The notes under the pieces are model-generated. The model saw nothing but the letters and a program-made list of their open reading frames with translations. It was not told where the DNA came from and searched no databases. From a bacterium (lineage in GTDB: Bacteria > JBDRGX01), in the NCBI GenBank assembly GCA_043817485.1, contig JBDRGX010000092.1, forward strand, positions 1 through 32,798: a stretch of DNA of 32,798 nt. Direction: 5' to 3'. Positions 8,823 through 19,663 of this stretch are shown piece after piece. Each line of letters starts with the position of its first letter. Position 1 is the first letter of the stretch. A program made the position numbers and the translations under genes.

Positions 8823-9800
8823 TTAAATTTTAGTCAATTTTATTTTTTCTACATATTTTTCAGCAAAAGTAGCAGCAATAGATCCATCAGCACAAGCAGT
8901 TATTACTTGTCTTAAAACTGTTTTTCTACAATCTCCACAAGCAAATATTCCAGGACAAGAAGTATTCATATATTCATCTGTAATAATATATCCAAATTCA
9001 TCTAAATCTACAATTTTTTCTTGAAATGAAGTTTCAAGAAACTTAGTTTCAAGCCCCCCAGTTCTAATAAAATTAGTTTTCAAAAAATTTGTATTCGGAA
9101 TAAACCCAACAAAAATAAATACACCATCACAAATAATTTGCGATTCTTCTTGTGTTTGAATATTCTTAATTTTAACTGCTTCAACTTTATTTTCTCCTAA
9201 AATTTCCATGATTTGAGAATTCCAAAGAAAATTAATTTTAGGATGAGATAATGCTCTTTCTTGTAAAACTTGTGTAGCTCGCAATTTATCTTTTCTATTA
9301 ATTACAATAATTTGTTGAACAAAATTTGTTAAATATAACACTTCTTCTATGGCTGTATTTCCTCCACCAATAGCTATTATTTTTTTATTTTTAAAAAATC
9401 CTGCATCACAAATTGCACAATAAGAAATACCTTTTCCTTTTAATTTAATTTCTCCATCCACTCCTAATGTTTTAGGAACAGCACCTACAGCAATAATTAC
9501 AGAAAAAGAATTATAAATATTATTGTTTGTAATTACTTCATATCCCTTAGATGATTTTTTAATATTTATTACTTCTTCTTGTACAAAAATAGATTCTTTA
9601 GATTGTTCTTTAAATTTACTTAATAATTCAAAGCCATTAATTCCATTTGGAAAACCAGGATAATTTTCAATTTTGTTAGCAAAAAAAATTTGAGAAGATT
9701 GAAAACTTTCAATTACTAAAGTTTTTAATTTGGATCTTGTTGCATATAACGCTGATGTTAAACCTGCAGGCCCTGCACCAATAATAATTACATCAAACAT
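8823..9800 (-). CDS. trxB: Thioredoxin-disulfide reductase
   Basis: IIGAGPAGL, SYCAICD redox motif, GGGNTAIEE, GIFACGD. Start at ATG 9800 with AAGGA RBS. Carries an apparent ~20-aa insertion. Confidence 0.92.
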   Translation of the reverse strand: MFDVIIIGAGPAGLTSALYATRSKLKTLVIESFQSSQIFFANKIENYPGFPNGINGFELLSKFKEQSKESIFVQEEVINIKKSSKGYEVITNNNIYNSFSVIIAVGAVPKTLGVDGEIKLKGKGISYCAICDAGFFKNKKIIAIGGGNTAIEEVLYLTNFVQQIIVINRKDKLRATQVLQERALSHPKINFLWNSQIMEILGENKVEAVKIKNIQTQEESQIICDGVFIFVGFIPNTNFLKTNFIRTGGLETKFLETSFQEKIVDLDEFGYIITDEYMNTSCPGIFACGDCRKTVLRQVITACADGSIAATFAEKYVEKIKLTKI

Positions 9801-9853
9801 TTTTATTTCCTTAAAGTTCACAAAGATTTTTTCATCTTTCATAAACATATTTT

Positions 9854-10081
9854 AAATACCCCGTCATTCCTTCGGAATGCCACCCCTTTAATAAAGGGGA
9901 ATTTAATAAATCTCCATTCTCATATTTGCAATTCACCAGCACCTCATCATATTACTCCAACTCATAATACTTGAAAAAGCTACCACTTAATTATTCTCCC
10001 CGTCATTCCTTCGGAATGCCCTACCACTTCTTAATCATTCCCCTTTTTTAAAGGGGTGGCTGCGTAGCAGACGGGGTATTT
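9854..10081. repeat. REPIN-like composite of double-hairpin REP-like units
   Basis: 12-bp perfect terminal IR AAATACCCCGTC/GACGGGGTATTT. Full unit 9857-9902, truncated direct copy 9998-10020, inverted variant 10037-10080. 9857-9994 is nearly identical to the reverse complement of the 137-bp unit at 32501-32798. Confidence 0.85.
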
Positions 10082-10108
10082 TACCTTTTTTAAAAAAATT
10101 TGTAAAAA

Positions 10109-11014
10109 TTATTTTACTTGATTTATTAAAGAACAACAATATTCTGAAAAGACTGGTTTTAATTTTTGATTTTTTGCAAATTCTATTGTTCCTTCTGATG
10201 GATAGGCAATCCCATTAAACCCTATTTGTACTGCATATTTTTCCAATTCTTTGCTATAAATACCACCAGAATGTGCACAACCTAAAAGAATAGAAGTATT
10301 AAAAAACATTTTTCTTGCTTTCATAAAAAAATTTTTGACTTCTTTTAAATCTGGTAATTTAATATTTTCCATTGAAGTATTTAAAAAAGGAGAAATAATT
10401 ACTAAAACTAAAGAATTAATTTTATAACGACTAATTATTTCTAAAGCTTTTTCTTCTCCAAGCAATTTTCCAAAATGAAGCCCTATAATAATATGAGGAG
10501 ATACCTCAATTCCTCTTTCAACTAACAATTTCAATGATTTTTCATAATCATCAATAGATGCTTTCAAATGATACACTTCGTTAATAGTTTCATTTGAACC
10601 AATAATATCAATCATTGCTGAACTAATATTTGCTTGTTTTAAAGCATCTGCTAATTTTTCATCAACTAATCCAGTATGAACAACAATTTTTAAACCAAAT
10701 TCTTCATTTAATTTTTTCATTACTTTTGTATATTTTATTAAAGGAACAGCCCCATCTTTATTAGCACCACCACTTATAAGAAGACCAGTTCCTCCTTTTT
10801 GAAATAAATCATTGCCTATCTGATATAATTCTTCTGGAATATTTACTTCTTGCATTGTTTCTAAAATTTTCCCTTTACAATGTTCACAAGACAAAGCACA
10901 ATTTTTTCCTGTAATTGAAATACAAGAAAATAAAGGAATTTTGTGATTTGAAAATTCATCTGTTTCATATTTTTTAATACTTGGAGCAAAAAAATAAATT
11001 TGATTTTTTAACAC
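10109..11014 (-). CDS. lipS1: Radical SAM protein, LipS1-like subunit of the two-component lipoyl synthase
   Basis: ISITGKNCALSCEHC (CxxxCxxC), GLLISGG, PHIIIGLHFG, LGCA and C-terminal CCS motifs. GTG start at 11014 with AAGGA RBS; the ORF-track extension to 11155 runs through a repeat. Confidence 0.72.
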   Translation of the reverse strand: MLKNQIYFFAPSIKKYETDEFSNHKIPLFSCISITGKNCALSCEHCKGKILETMQEVNIPEELYQIGNDLFQKGGTGLLISGGANKDGAVPLIKYTKVMKKLNEEFGLKIVVHTGLVDEKLADALKQANISSAMIDIIGSNETINEVYHLKASIDDYEKSLKLLVERGIEVSPHIIIGLHFGKLLGEEKALEIISRYKINSLVLVIISPFLNTSMENIKLPDLKEVKNFFMKARKMFFNTSILLGCAHSGGIYSKELEKYAVQIGFNGIAYPSEGTIEFAKNQKLKPVFSEYCCSLINQVK

Positions 11015-11050
11015 AATTTTTTTCCTTATTTTCAATATTTTTATTTGAGA

Positions 11051-11154
11051 GTGCCAAGAATACCCCATCCTTTGAGACAGAAATGAATTAGCACAATAAT
11101 AATATATTTTTCTTGAGAGAAAATATCCCCAGCCATTTATGCGGAAAAAATTCA
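11051..11154. mobile_element. Decayed IS200/IS605-like end hairpins (non-autonomous remnant)
   Basis: GTGCCAAGAATACCCCATCCTTTGAG..ATGAATTAGCAC imperfect palindrome, plus a second arm AATATCCCCAGCCATTTATGCGG..TTCA resembling IS605-type subterminal hairpins. Confidence 0.4.
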
Positions 11155-11172
11155 TTTTCCCAAAGCATTAAC

Positions 11173-12201
11173 TTACAAAAATTCTTTTTTGATTTTTTCT
11201 ATATCTTCTTTATCTGGTAAAAATGGAAAATTTCTAATATTGTCTGGCAAAGAATTCGCATAAGGTCTATTACAAACTAATTTTTCATTTTTCCCTGAAC
11301 AACCACTTGTTAGAAATGGATTACCCTCTTGAATAACTTTTTCTAAAAATTTTTCATCTAAACCAAAATTCAATACTTCATCCTTCGAATTAAAAAAAAT
11401 TTGTTCTGCTTTTATTAAATTTTCATCAATTAAAAATTTTCCTAATTGAATTCTTCTATAAGAACTTATTAAAGGAGCTTTTTTATTTTCTAATTTTGAC
11501 CCCATTTCTGGAAAAAAAGAAAAAAGATGCGTATTACTACCATTATTGTGAATTTTTTGAATAACATCAAGCATTTGTTTTTCTGTTTCACCCAATCCAA
11601 CTATTAAATGAATACCAATTTGTTCAGGTCTAAAAATTTTTTGTGCTTGTGTTATAATTTCCCAGTATTTTTCCCATTTATGAGGATTTTTCCCTCTTAT
11701 TTCTTCAAAAATTTGCTCTGTTGCACAATCTAACGCTATTCCTATTTTATCTACACCAACATTTTTAAATTCTAATAAATCTTTTTTTTCAATAATCGTA
11801 GGTGAAATCAAAAAAGATAAAGGTAATGATATTTTTTCTTTTATTTTATAACTTATTTTAATAATATCTGATATAGATTCTTTTCGAGTAACCATTGAAA
11901 TACAAATTCTTTTAATATCATCACAATTTTTTGTTTTTTCAATAATTTCATCTAATTTATAAATTGGCCAATCTACTCTAATAAAACTTTTATTATTACC
12001 AATTCTTTTTGAAGATAACCCACAATAAGAACAATTTGCTATACATCCATTTTCATAAATAAGTAATAAATTTAAGCAATGAGATTTAGCATTACGATAA
12101 AATTTTCCTTGTTTTAACCCTAAAGTTAAAGCAGAGGCCAAACTCATTTTTAAATATTCTGGGCTTTGTTTAATAAAACTTGGTTTAATTTGTTCTAACA
12201 T
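11173..12201 (-). CDS. lipS2: Radical SAM protein, LipS2-like subunit of the two-component lipoyl synthase
   Basis: SPEYLKMSLASALTLG, GCIANCSYC, FIRVDWP, HLIVGLGETE, C-terminal TSGC..CNRPY..RNFPF. Adjacent to the LipS1-like gene. Confidence 0.75.
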   Translation of the reverse strand: MLEQIKPSFIKQSPEYLKMSLASALTLGLKQGKFYRNAKSHCLNLLLIYENGCIANCSYCGLSSKRIGNNKSFIRVDWPIYKLDEIIEKTKNCDDIKRICISMVTRKESISDIIKISYKIKEKISLPLSFLISPTIIEKKDLLEFKNVGVDKIGIALDCATEQIFEEIRGKNPHKWEKYWEIITQAQKIFRPEQIGIHLIVGLGETEKQMLDVIQKIHNNGSNTHLFSFFPEMGSKLENKKAPLISSYRRIQLGKFLIDENLIKAEQIFFNSKDEVLNFGLDEKFLEKVIQEGNPFLTSGCSGKNEKLVCNRPYANSLPDNIRNFPFLPDKEDIEKIKKEFL

Positions 12202-13616
12202 TATTTTTTGTTTTTAAGTTTATTTAATGTTTCTATTAAAGCTTGAGCTTTATAAAGAGTTTCAAAATATTCTCTTTCTGGAATTGAATCTGCTACTATT
12301 CCAGCTCCAACTTGAATATATGCCTTATTATTCTTTATAATAAAAGTTCTTATAACTATATTTATATCAAAATCACCAGAAAAATCTATAAAACCAATTG
12401 ATCCCGTATAAATACCTCTTTTAATTGGTTCAAGTTCCTCAATAATTTCCATAGATCTTATTTTAGGAGTTCCAGTAATAGTACCTCCTGGAAAACAAGC
12501 TTTTAAACAATCAAAAACATCTATATTATTTTTCAAAACTCCTTTAACATTCGAAACTATGTGAGAAACATGAGAATAATCTTCTATTCCCATTATTTCA
12601 TCAGCTACCACTGTTCCATATTCACAAATTCTACCTAAATCACTTCTTTCTAAATCCACTAGCATAATATGTTCTGCTTTTTCTTTAGGATCTAAAAGTA
12701 GTTCATTATTTTTACCTTTTGGTCTTGTTCCAGCAATAGGTCGTGTTTGAACTATTTTATTTTTTTTATGTAATAATCTTTCTGGAGAGCAACTTACAAT
12801 TTTCAAATCATCAAAATTAAAATAAGAAGCAAAAGGTGAAGGATTTATTTCTCGTAGTAGTTTATAAATTATAAAAGGATGTATTTCTATATCAACATTA
12901 AAGCGTTGAGATAAATTAACTTGAAAAATATCACCCGCTTTAATATATTCTTTAGCAATTTTTACTATTTTTTCAAAATTTTTTTTAGTAAAATTTGATT
13001 TTATTTTCCCTATTTTTTGTTTTGAAATAATTTCATCACAAAAAGGTACATTATTTTTAAAATATTTTTCTTCAATTTCTTTGATTCTTTCTTTTGCTTG
13101 TTTTTTTTCTTCTTCTTTTGCATTTACTACTATAAAAATTTTATTTTTTAAATGATCAAAAACAATTACTTCTTTTACAAAAAGTAAATAACATTCAGGT
13201 AAATCTAAATCATCTATGCTTTTACAAGGGACTTTTTCAAAAAAATGAACAAGATCATAAGAAAAATATCCTACTGCTCCTCCTGTAAAAATAGGTAAAT
13301 TATTTTTTTTCTCTATTTTAAAACTTTTCATTATTTTTTTTAAAGTTTCTATTGGATGAGCTGAAAATTTTTGTTTTTTATTTTGATAAATAATTTCTAT
13401 ATTATTTTTTTTACTTTTAAATATTAAAAAAGGATTGAATCCAATAAATGAATATCTTCCTGTTATTGGATGATAACGAGCACTTTCTAATAAAAAAGAA
13501 AATTTATCATTTGCAAAATTTTGAAAAACATTAACAGGTGAAAAATTTTCCATTGGAAAAAATTTAATTACTGGAACTAATTTTTGAGAAGATAATGTAA
13601 ACAAAATAAACCTCAT
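12201..13616 (-). CDS. pabB: Chorismate-binding enzyme, aminodeoxychorismate synthase component I (PabB/TrpE family)
   Basis: FLLES, GGAVGYFSYD, GDIFQVNLSQR, NPSPFASY (PabB-like rather than TrpE PYM), TRPIAGT, AEHIMLVDLER, FPGGTITGTPK. Confidence 0.78.
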   Translation of the reverse strand: MRFILFTLSSQKLVPVIKFFPMENFSPVNVFQNFANDKFSFLLESARYHPITGRYSFIGFNPFLIFKSKKNNIEIIYQNKKQKFSAHPIETLKKIMKSFKIEKKNNLPIFTGGAVGYFSYDLVHFFEKVPCKSIDDLDLPECYLLFVKEVIVFDHLKNKIFIVVNAKEEEKKQAKERIKEIEEKYFKNNVPFCDEIISKQKIGKIKSNFTKKNFEKIVKIAKEYIKAGDIFQVNLSQRFNVDIEIHPFIIYKLLREINPSPFASYFNFDDLKIVSCSPERLLHKKNKIVQTRPIAGTRPKGKNNELLLDPKEKAEHIMLVDLERSDLGRICEYGTVVADEIMGIEDYSHVSHIVSNVKGVLKNNIDVFDCLKACFPGGTITGTPKIRSMEIIEELEPIKRGIYTGSIGFIDFSGDFDINIVIRTFIIKNNKAYIQVGAGIVADSIPEREYFETLYKAQALIETLNKLKNKK

Positions 13617-13708
13617 TATATTTTATTAGATTTTTAAAAATTTTTATTAAATTTGTTATATTTTTAGAAATATTTAAAAAATAGTGTATTTCTGTGTATT
13701 TTTAACTT

Positions 13709-14272
13709 TTAATTATTTTTTATTTCCATCAAATCTCTTATTTGAGATAAAGTATATTTTGTATTCCAATCTAAATGACCTTTTAAAGTTTCTATTTCTT
13801 TTCCTTCTATTAAAACTTGAAAAGATAAAATTGAAAAATTTTCCATTAAAGTATAACCAAGAGAACAAAGAGTTATTAATTCAGTTTTTGTATCTCCAAA
13901 ATAATTTTCAATAAATGAATTAGAAAAATTCAAATAACAAGTTCCTTCTTCATCAAAATATAAATTAAGTAATTTTGTTTCAGAAGGTAAAGTCTTAAAC
14001 AAAAAAGTATTGGTAGGCCCATTAATTAATTCTTCAATTGTTTCTTTTACTTGCATTACAAGATTTTCATAAACATAAATTTTTCTTGTTTCAATGCTAA
14101 GAAAATTATCTTCAAATAAAAAATATAAATTTACTTCTTTTTCTTGTAAATTAGAAGAATTTTCTGTTTGTTTTCCTTTAAAAGAATTTTTTGTTTGTTT
14201 CAAAAAAAAATTATAACAAAAATATCCGAGAATACTTAATAAAATAAATGCTATGAAAATAATTTTTTTCAA
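13709..14272 (-). CDS. Membrane-anchored GerMN-domain protein
   Basis: N-terminal TM, EVNLYF, IEELINGP, LPSETKLL, YLNFS, VLIEGKEIETLKGHLD. TTG start at 14272 behind GAGGT. Confidence 0.8.
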   Translation of the reverse strand: MKKIIFIAFILLSILGYFCYNFFLKQTKNSFKGKQTENSSNLQEKEVNLYFLFEDNFLSIETRKIYVYENLVMQVKETIEELINGPTNTFLFKTLPSETKLLNLYFDEEGTCYLNFSNSFIENYFGDTKTELITLCSLGYTLMENFSILSFQVLIEGKEIETLKGHLDWNTKYTLSQIRDLMEIKNN

Positions 14273-14350
14273 AAATACCTCTTTTGAATTAAAAAAATCT
14301 CGAATAACCAAAATACAAAACAAATTTTCAATTTGAAATAAATGCAAATA

Positions 14351-14421
14351 TTTCTACCGACATTGTGTTCATATAGAACATTGTGGATATTCGTTCCATA
14401 GGAACAAAATATCGGTAAAAA
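14351..14421. repeat. Degenerate inverted REP-like pair
   Basis: TTTCTACCGACATTGTGTTCATATAGAAC ... GTTCCATAGGAACAAAATATCGGTAAAA: long imperfect inverted repeat with internally palindromic arms. Confidence 0.55.
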
Positions 14422-14446
14422 CAAAACAATATATTTGAGATATTTG

Positions 14447-14487
14447 GTAATTTGCAATATTTTATTTTTGCTTGCAATTTGGTATTA
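14447..14487. repeat. 41-bp dispersed repeat, copy 1
   Basis: 38/41 identical to 27683-27723; partial inverted copy at 32297-32320. Confidence 0.7.
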
Positions 14488-14597
14488 TATTTCCCTTGTA
14501 ATGAAATTTCAAAACTTGTCAAAGAAATTCCATTATATTTTGTCATATCACCCGTAATATAATAAACAACATCAATCAAATTTACTATTTTTTACCA

Positions 14598-15743
14598 TTA
14601 TATATAATAGGAAACCTTCACATTCCCTTTATTAAAGGCAAGAAAAAAACACTCTACAATCTTTGGGTCAAACTGACTGCCAGACTTATCCTGTATCTCA
14701 CGAAGTATATCCTCAAGTTTAATTTTTGAACGATAGGCTCTGTTTGAATTCATAGCATCAAAAGTATCTGCTACTGCAATTATCCTGGAAATAAGTGGTA
14801 TTTGTTCCCCTGAAATTCCATCAGGATAACCTTCTCCCTTATATCTTTCGTGATGATGATAAATGCAAGGAAGAATCTCTTTTAATTCCTCAATATTTCC
14901 AATAATATTGACACTTTTAGCTGGATGTTCTTTTATTTTTTCAAATTCTTCATCATTAAGTTTCCCTGGTTTAATCAAAATTGAAGCAGAAATACCAATT
15001 TTACCTATATCATGTAATATTCCAGCTATTTTCACCAAATGTTTTTCTTCATTAGTCAAAGCCATTTCATTAGCAATTGCCTCAGCAATTTCTGCTACTC
15101 GATCTGAATGTCCTTTAGTATCTGGGTCTTTTTGTTCAATAGCAGAAACTAAAGCCTTAACTGTATCAAAAAGTAAAAATTCTATCCTATGGTGAAGTCT
15201 GGAGTTGACAAATATTGCCCCAATATAAATGGTTAGAGTAAAAATAAATTTCTCATCAAATGAATAGAATGGTTCCCCAGAAATTTTATCCCCAAGACAA
15301 ATTACACCAATTTTTTCGTTTCTAATTAATATCGGCACAGCAAGACAGCGTTTTATTCCTAATTGTGCTTCTTCCTTGTCTGAAGTATCACACCAAATAA
15401 TAGGTTTCCCTTGAGAAATTGCCATTCCTGCTATCCCTCTTAATGGATTATATTTATTAAATTTTTTTAATTCCAAGGAATCAAATCCTTTTGATTCCTT
15501 AAGTATTAAATTATTTTCGTCCTCAAAAAGCATAATAAATCCTACTCTGACCTTCAATAACTCAACTGCCTTATTCAATACCTGATTTAATAAGACCTCT
15601 AAGTTAACTAATATCCCCATCTCATTAGTAATTTCATAAATAAGGTTCAGTTCTTCATAGGCATAGGATAACTCTATTGTCATCTTTTCTAAATCACTTT
15701 CTAATTTTATAATCTTTTCATTAGAAATATCATTGTTATTCAT
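14598..15743 (-). CDS. GAF + HD-GYP cyclic-dinucleotide phosphodiesterase
   Basis: Coiled-coil N-terminus, GAF (CLAVPI..IGVICL), KDPDTKGHSDRV, LHDIGKIG, HHHERYKGEGYPDG, AVADTFDAM, QFDP. Confidence 0.92.
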   Translation of the reverse strand: MNNNDISNEKIIKLESDLEKMTIELSYAYEELNLIYEITNEMGILVNLEVLLNQVLNKAVELLKVRVGFIMLFEDENNLILKESKGFDSLELKKFNKYNPLRGIAGMAISQGKPIIWCDTSDKEEAQLGIKRCLAVPILIRNEKIGVICLGDKISGEPFYSFDEKFIFTLTIYIGAIFVNSRLHHRIEFLLFDTVKALVSAIEQKDPDTKGHSDRVAEIAEAIANEMALTNEEKHLVKIAGILHDIGKIGISASILIKPGKLNDEEFEKIKEHPAKSVNIIGNIEELKEILPCIYHHHERYKGEGYPDGISGEQIPLISRIIAVADTFDAMNSNRAYRSKIKLEDILREIQDKSGSQFDPKIVECFFLAFNKGNVKVSYYI

Positions 15744-15911
15744 GTTTTACCTCTTTTTTAAAATGCCGCAGGCAGGCTTTTAACCTGTGAAATAGGTTTA
15801 AAGAAAATGCAAAGTAAAACTATTCAAGTGTAATAAATGAATTTTTAAAAATTGTTGATTTTTGATAGCACATTAGGTTTTTTCATTCTATATTCTACAT
15901 TCTATTTAGAA

Positions 15912-15927
15912 TGTTTCACGTGGAACA
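15912..15927. promoter_or_regulatory. parS: parS centromere-like site
   Basis: TGTTTCACGTGGAACA; the reverse complement TGTTCCACGTGAAACA matches the ParB/Spo0J consensus TGTTNCACGTGAAACA exactly. Intergenic. Confidence 0.85.
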
Positions 15928-16158
15928 ATTCATATTGTATTAAAAAAATCTTTAAAAATTTGAAAAACTGCTTTTCTTTTTTAAAAAATCATTCAGACAA
16001 ATAGATTCATCGTATACAACAACAAAAAATTGACGAATAATTCAAATTTTATGCAAGCAACTAACATTCGCCTACAAATAAAGTTATTTTTTTTATGTCA
16101 AATAAAATTAAGTCGTTATGTATAATCAAAAAATCAATTTATGGTGGGGAAAATAGTG

Positions 16159-16233
16159 TGGTGCCCCCACGGGGACTTGAACCCCGCCGACCACCTTGAA
16201 AGGGTGGTGACCTAACCACTAGTCTAGGGGGGC
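16159..16233 (-). tRNA. tRNA-Glu(UUC)
   Basis: GCCCCCC..CCACC-CTTTCAA-GGTGG..CGGGGTTCAAGTCCCCG-TGGGGGCACCA cloverleaf with encoded CCA. Confidence 0.93.
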
Positions 16234-16238
16234 AAAAA

Positions 16239-16314
16239 TGGTGAGCCAGCTGGGACTTGAACCCAGGACACCTGCCTTAAAAGGGCAGTGCTCTACCAAC
16301 TGAGCTACTGGCCC
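16239..16314 (-). tRNA. tRNA-Lys(UUU)
   Basis: GGGCCAGTAGCTCAGTTGGTAGAGCA-CTGCC-CTTTTAA-GGCAG..GGTTCAAGTCC..CTGGCTCACCA. Confidence 0.96.
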
Positions 16315-16330
16315 GTAATTTTTGAAAAAT

Positions 16331-18531
<2,201 letters not shown>

Positions 18532-18532
18532 T

Positions 18533-19663
18533 TTAATTATTCTCCATTAATACTTCTTCAACTTTTTGTATTCCTTTTCCAAGTTCAACAGGTAATCCTA
18601 ATTCTTTTAAAACCATTTCTAATGCGGATATAATCGTAATTACAGTAAATATATCTGAATATCCCATTGAAGAAATTCTAAATATTTTTCCTTTTAAATG
18701 ACCTTGTCCTCCAGCAATAATAATACCATATTTTGAAGCCAATAATTTGATAATTTTACTAGCTTCAATTGGAGATTTAACAGTAGTTAAAGCATTTGCT
18801 GAAAAACCAGAAAATAATTCTAAACCTAAAGCCATAATTCCAGCTCGTGTTGCTTTAGATAATTTAGCATAACTTGCTATTAAATTTTCTAATCCTTGTT
18901 TTTTAATTAAAAAAAGCGATTCTTTTAAAGCAAACAATAAAGAAATTGCTGGCGTAAAAGGATTATCTTTTTTATCTTGTGCTTTTTTATAATCTCTAAG
19001 ATCCCAATAAAATCTTGGAGATTTTGAATTTTCTACTAATTTCCATGCTTTTTCATTGATAGAAAGAAATGCTAATCCTGGAGGAAGCATTAAAGCTTTT
19101 TGTGAACCAGCGACAACAACATCAACTCCCCATCCATCTGTATCCATTTCTTCAGCTCCTAACCCACTAATAGCATCAACTACTAAAACATAAGGCGTAT
19201 TTTTTAACATTTTGCTTATAGATTTGATATCTGTTAAAACTCCTGTAGAAGTTTCAACTAATGTAGTAAACACTACTTTAATATCTGGAAATTCATTTAA
19301 TTTATTTTTAATTTCATCTACTGAAACTGCTTTTCCCCATTCTACATCTAAAGAAATTACTTCTATATTATATCTTTCACAAATATCAGCCCATCTTTCT
19401 CCAAACTTTCCACCTTTTATTACTAAAGCTTTTTCTCTAGGCGAAAGAAGATTGACAACAGCTGATTCCATAGCACCAGTACCAGAAGATGCAAAAACAA
19501 AAATGTCATTTTTTGTTTTATAAACATATTTTAATCCTTCTATTATCTCTTCAAATAAAATTCTATATTCTTCTGTCCGATGATGAATAATAGGATAACT
19601 TTGAGACAATAATACCGAAGGAGGTATTTCTACAGGACCTGGTGTCATAATATATTTTTTCAT
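18533..19663 (-). CDS. Class V PLP aminotransferase (Ala-glyoxylate/Ser-pyruvate family; likely the phosphoserine aminotransferase role)
   Basis: MTPGP, HHRT, SSGTGAME, ETSTG, VDAIS, PLP lysine in GSQKALMLPPG. Upstream of serA. Confidence 0.88.
   Translation of the reverse strand: MKKYIMTPGPVEIPPSVLLSQSYPIIHHRTEEYRILFEEIIEGLKYVYKTKNDIFVFASSGTGAMESAVVNLLSPREKALVIKGGKFGERWADICERYNIEVISLDVEWGKAVSVDEIKNKLNEFPDIKVVFTTLVETSTGVLTDIKSISKMLKNTPYVLVVDAISGLGAEEMDTDGWGVDVVVAGSQKALMLPPGLAFLSINEKAWKLVENSKSPRFYWDLRDYKKAQDKKDNPFTPAISLLFALKESLFLIKKQGLENLIASYAKLSKATRAGIMALGLELFSGFSANALTTVKSPIEASKIIKLLASKYGIIIAGGQGHLKGKIFRISSMGYSDIFTVITIISALEMVLKELGLPVELGKGIQKVEEVLMENN

Noticed and set aside
11015-11155. N-terminal extension of lipS1 in the ORF track
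   Set aside because: It translates a decayed mobile-element remnant; a GTG with RBS exists at 11014.
14328-14579. 83-aa ORF and overlapping 14269-14457 ORF
   Set aside because: They run through the 41-bp repeat and the REP-like pair, with no RBS and no recognisable motif.
15744-15830. c-di-GMP riboswitch upstream of the HD-GYP gene
   Set aside because: The AACCTGTGAAATAGGTT hairpin and GCAAAG are on the antisense strand and the GEMM P2 is missing. GCCTGCCTGCGGCA looks like a repeat remnant.
16055-16135. Integron attC-like sites (CTAAC..GTTATGT here; ATATAAC..GTTGGCA near 32380-32437)
   Set aside because: Core sites are imperfect, internal complementarity is poor, and there is no integrase or cassette ORF.
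16142-16150. tRNA 3'-end duplication (att site) TCCCCACCA
   Set aside because: Only 9 bp and not identical to either tRNA end.
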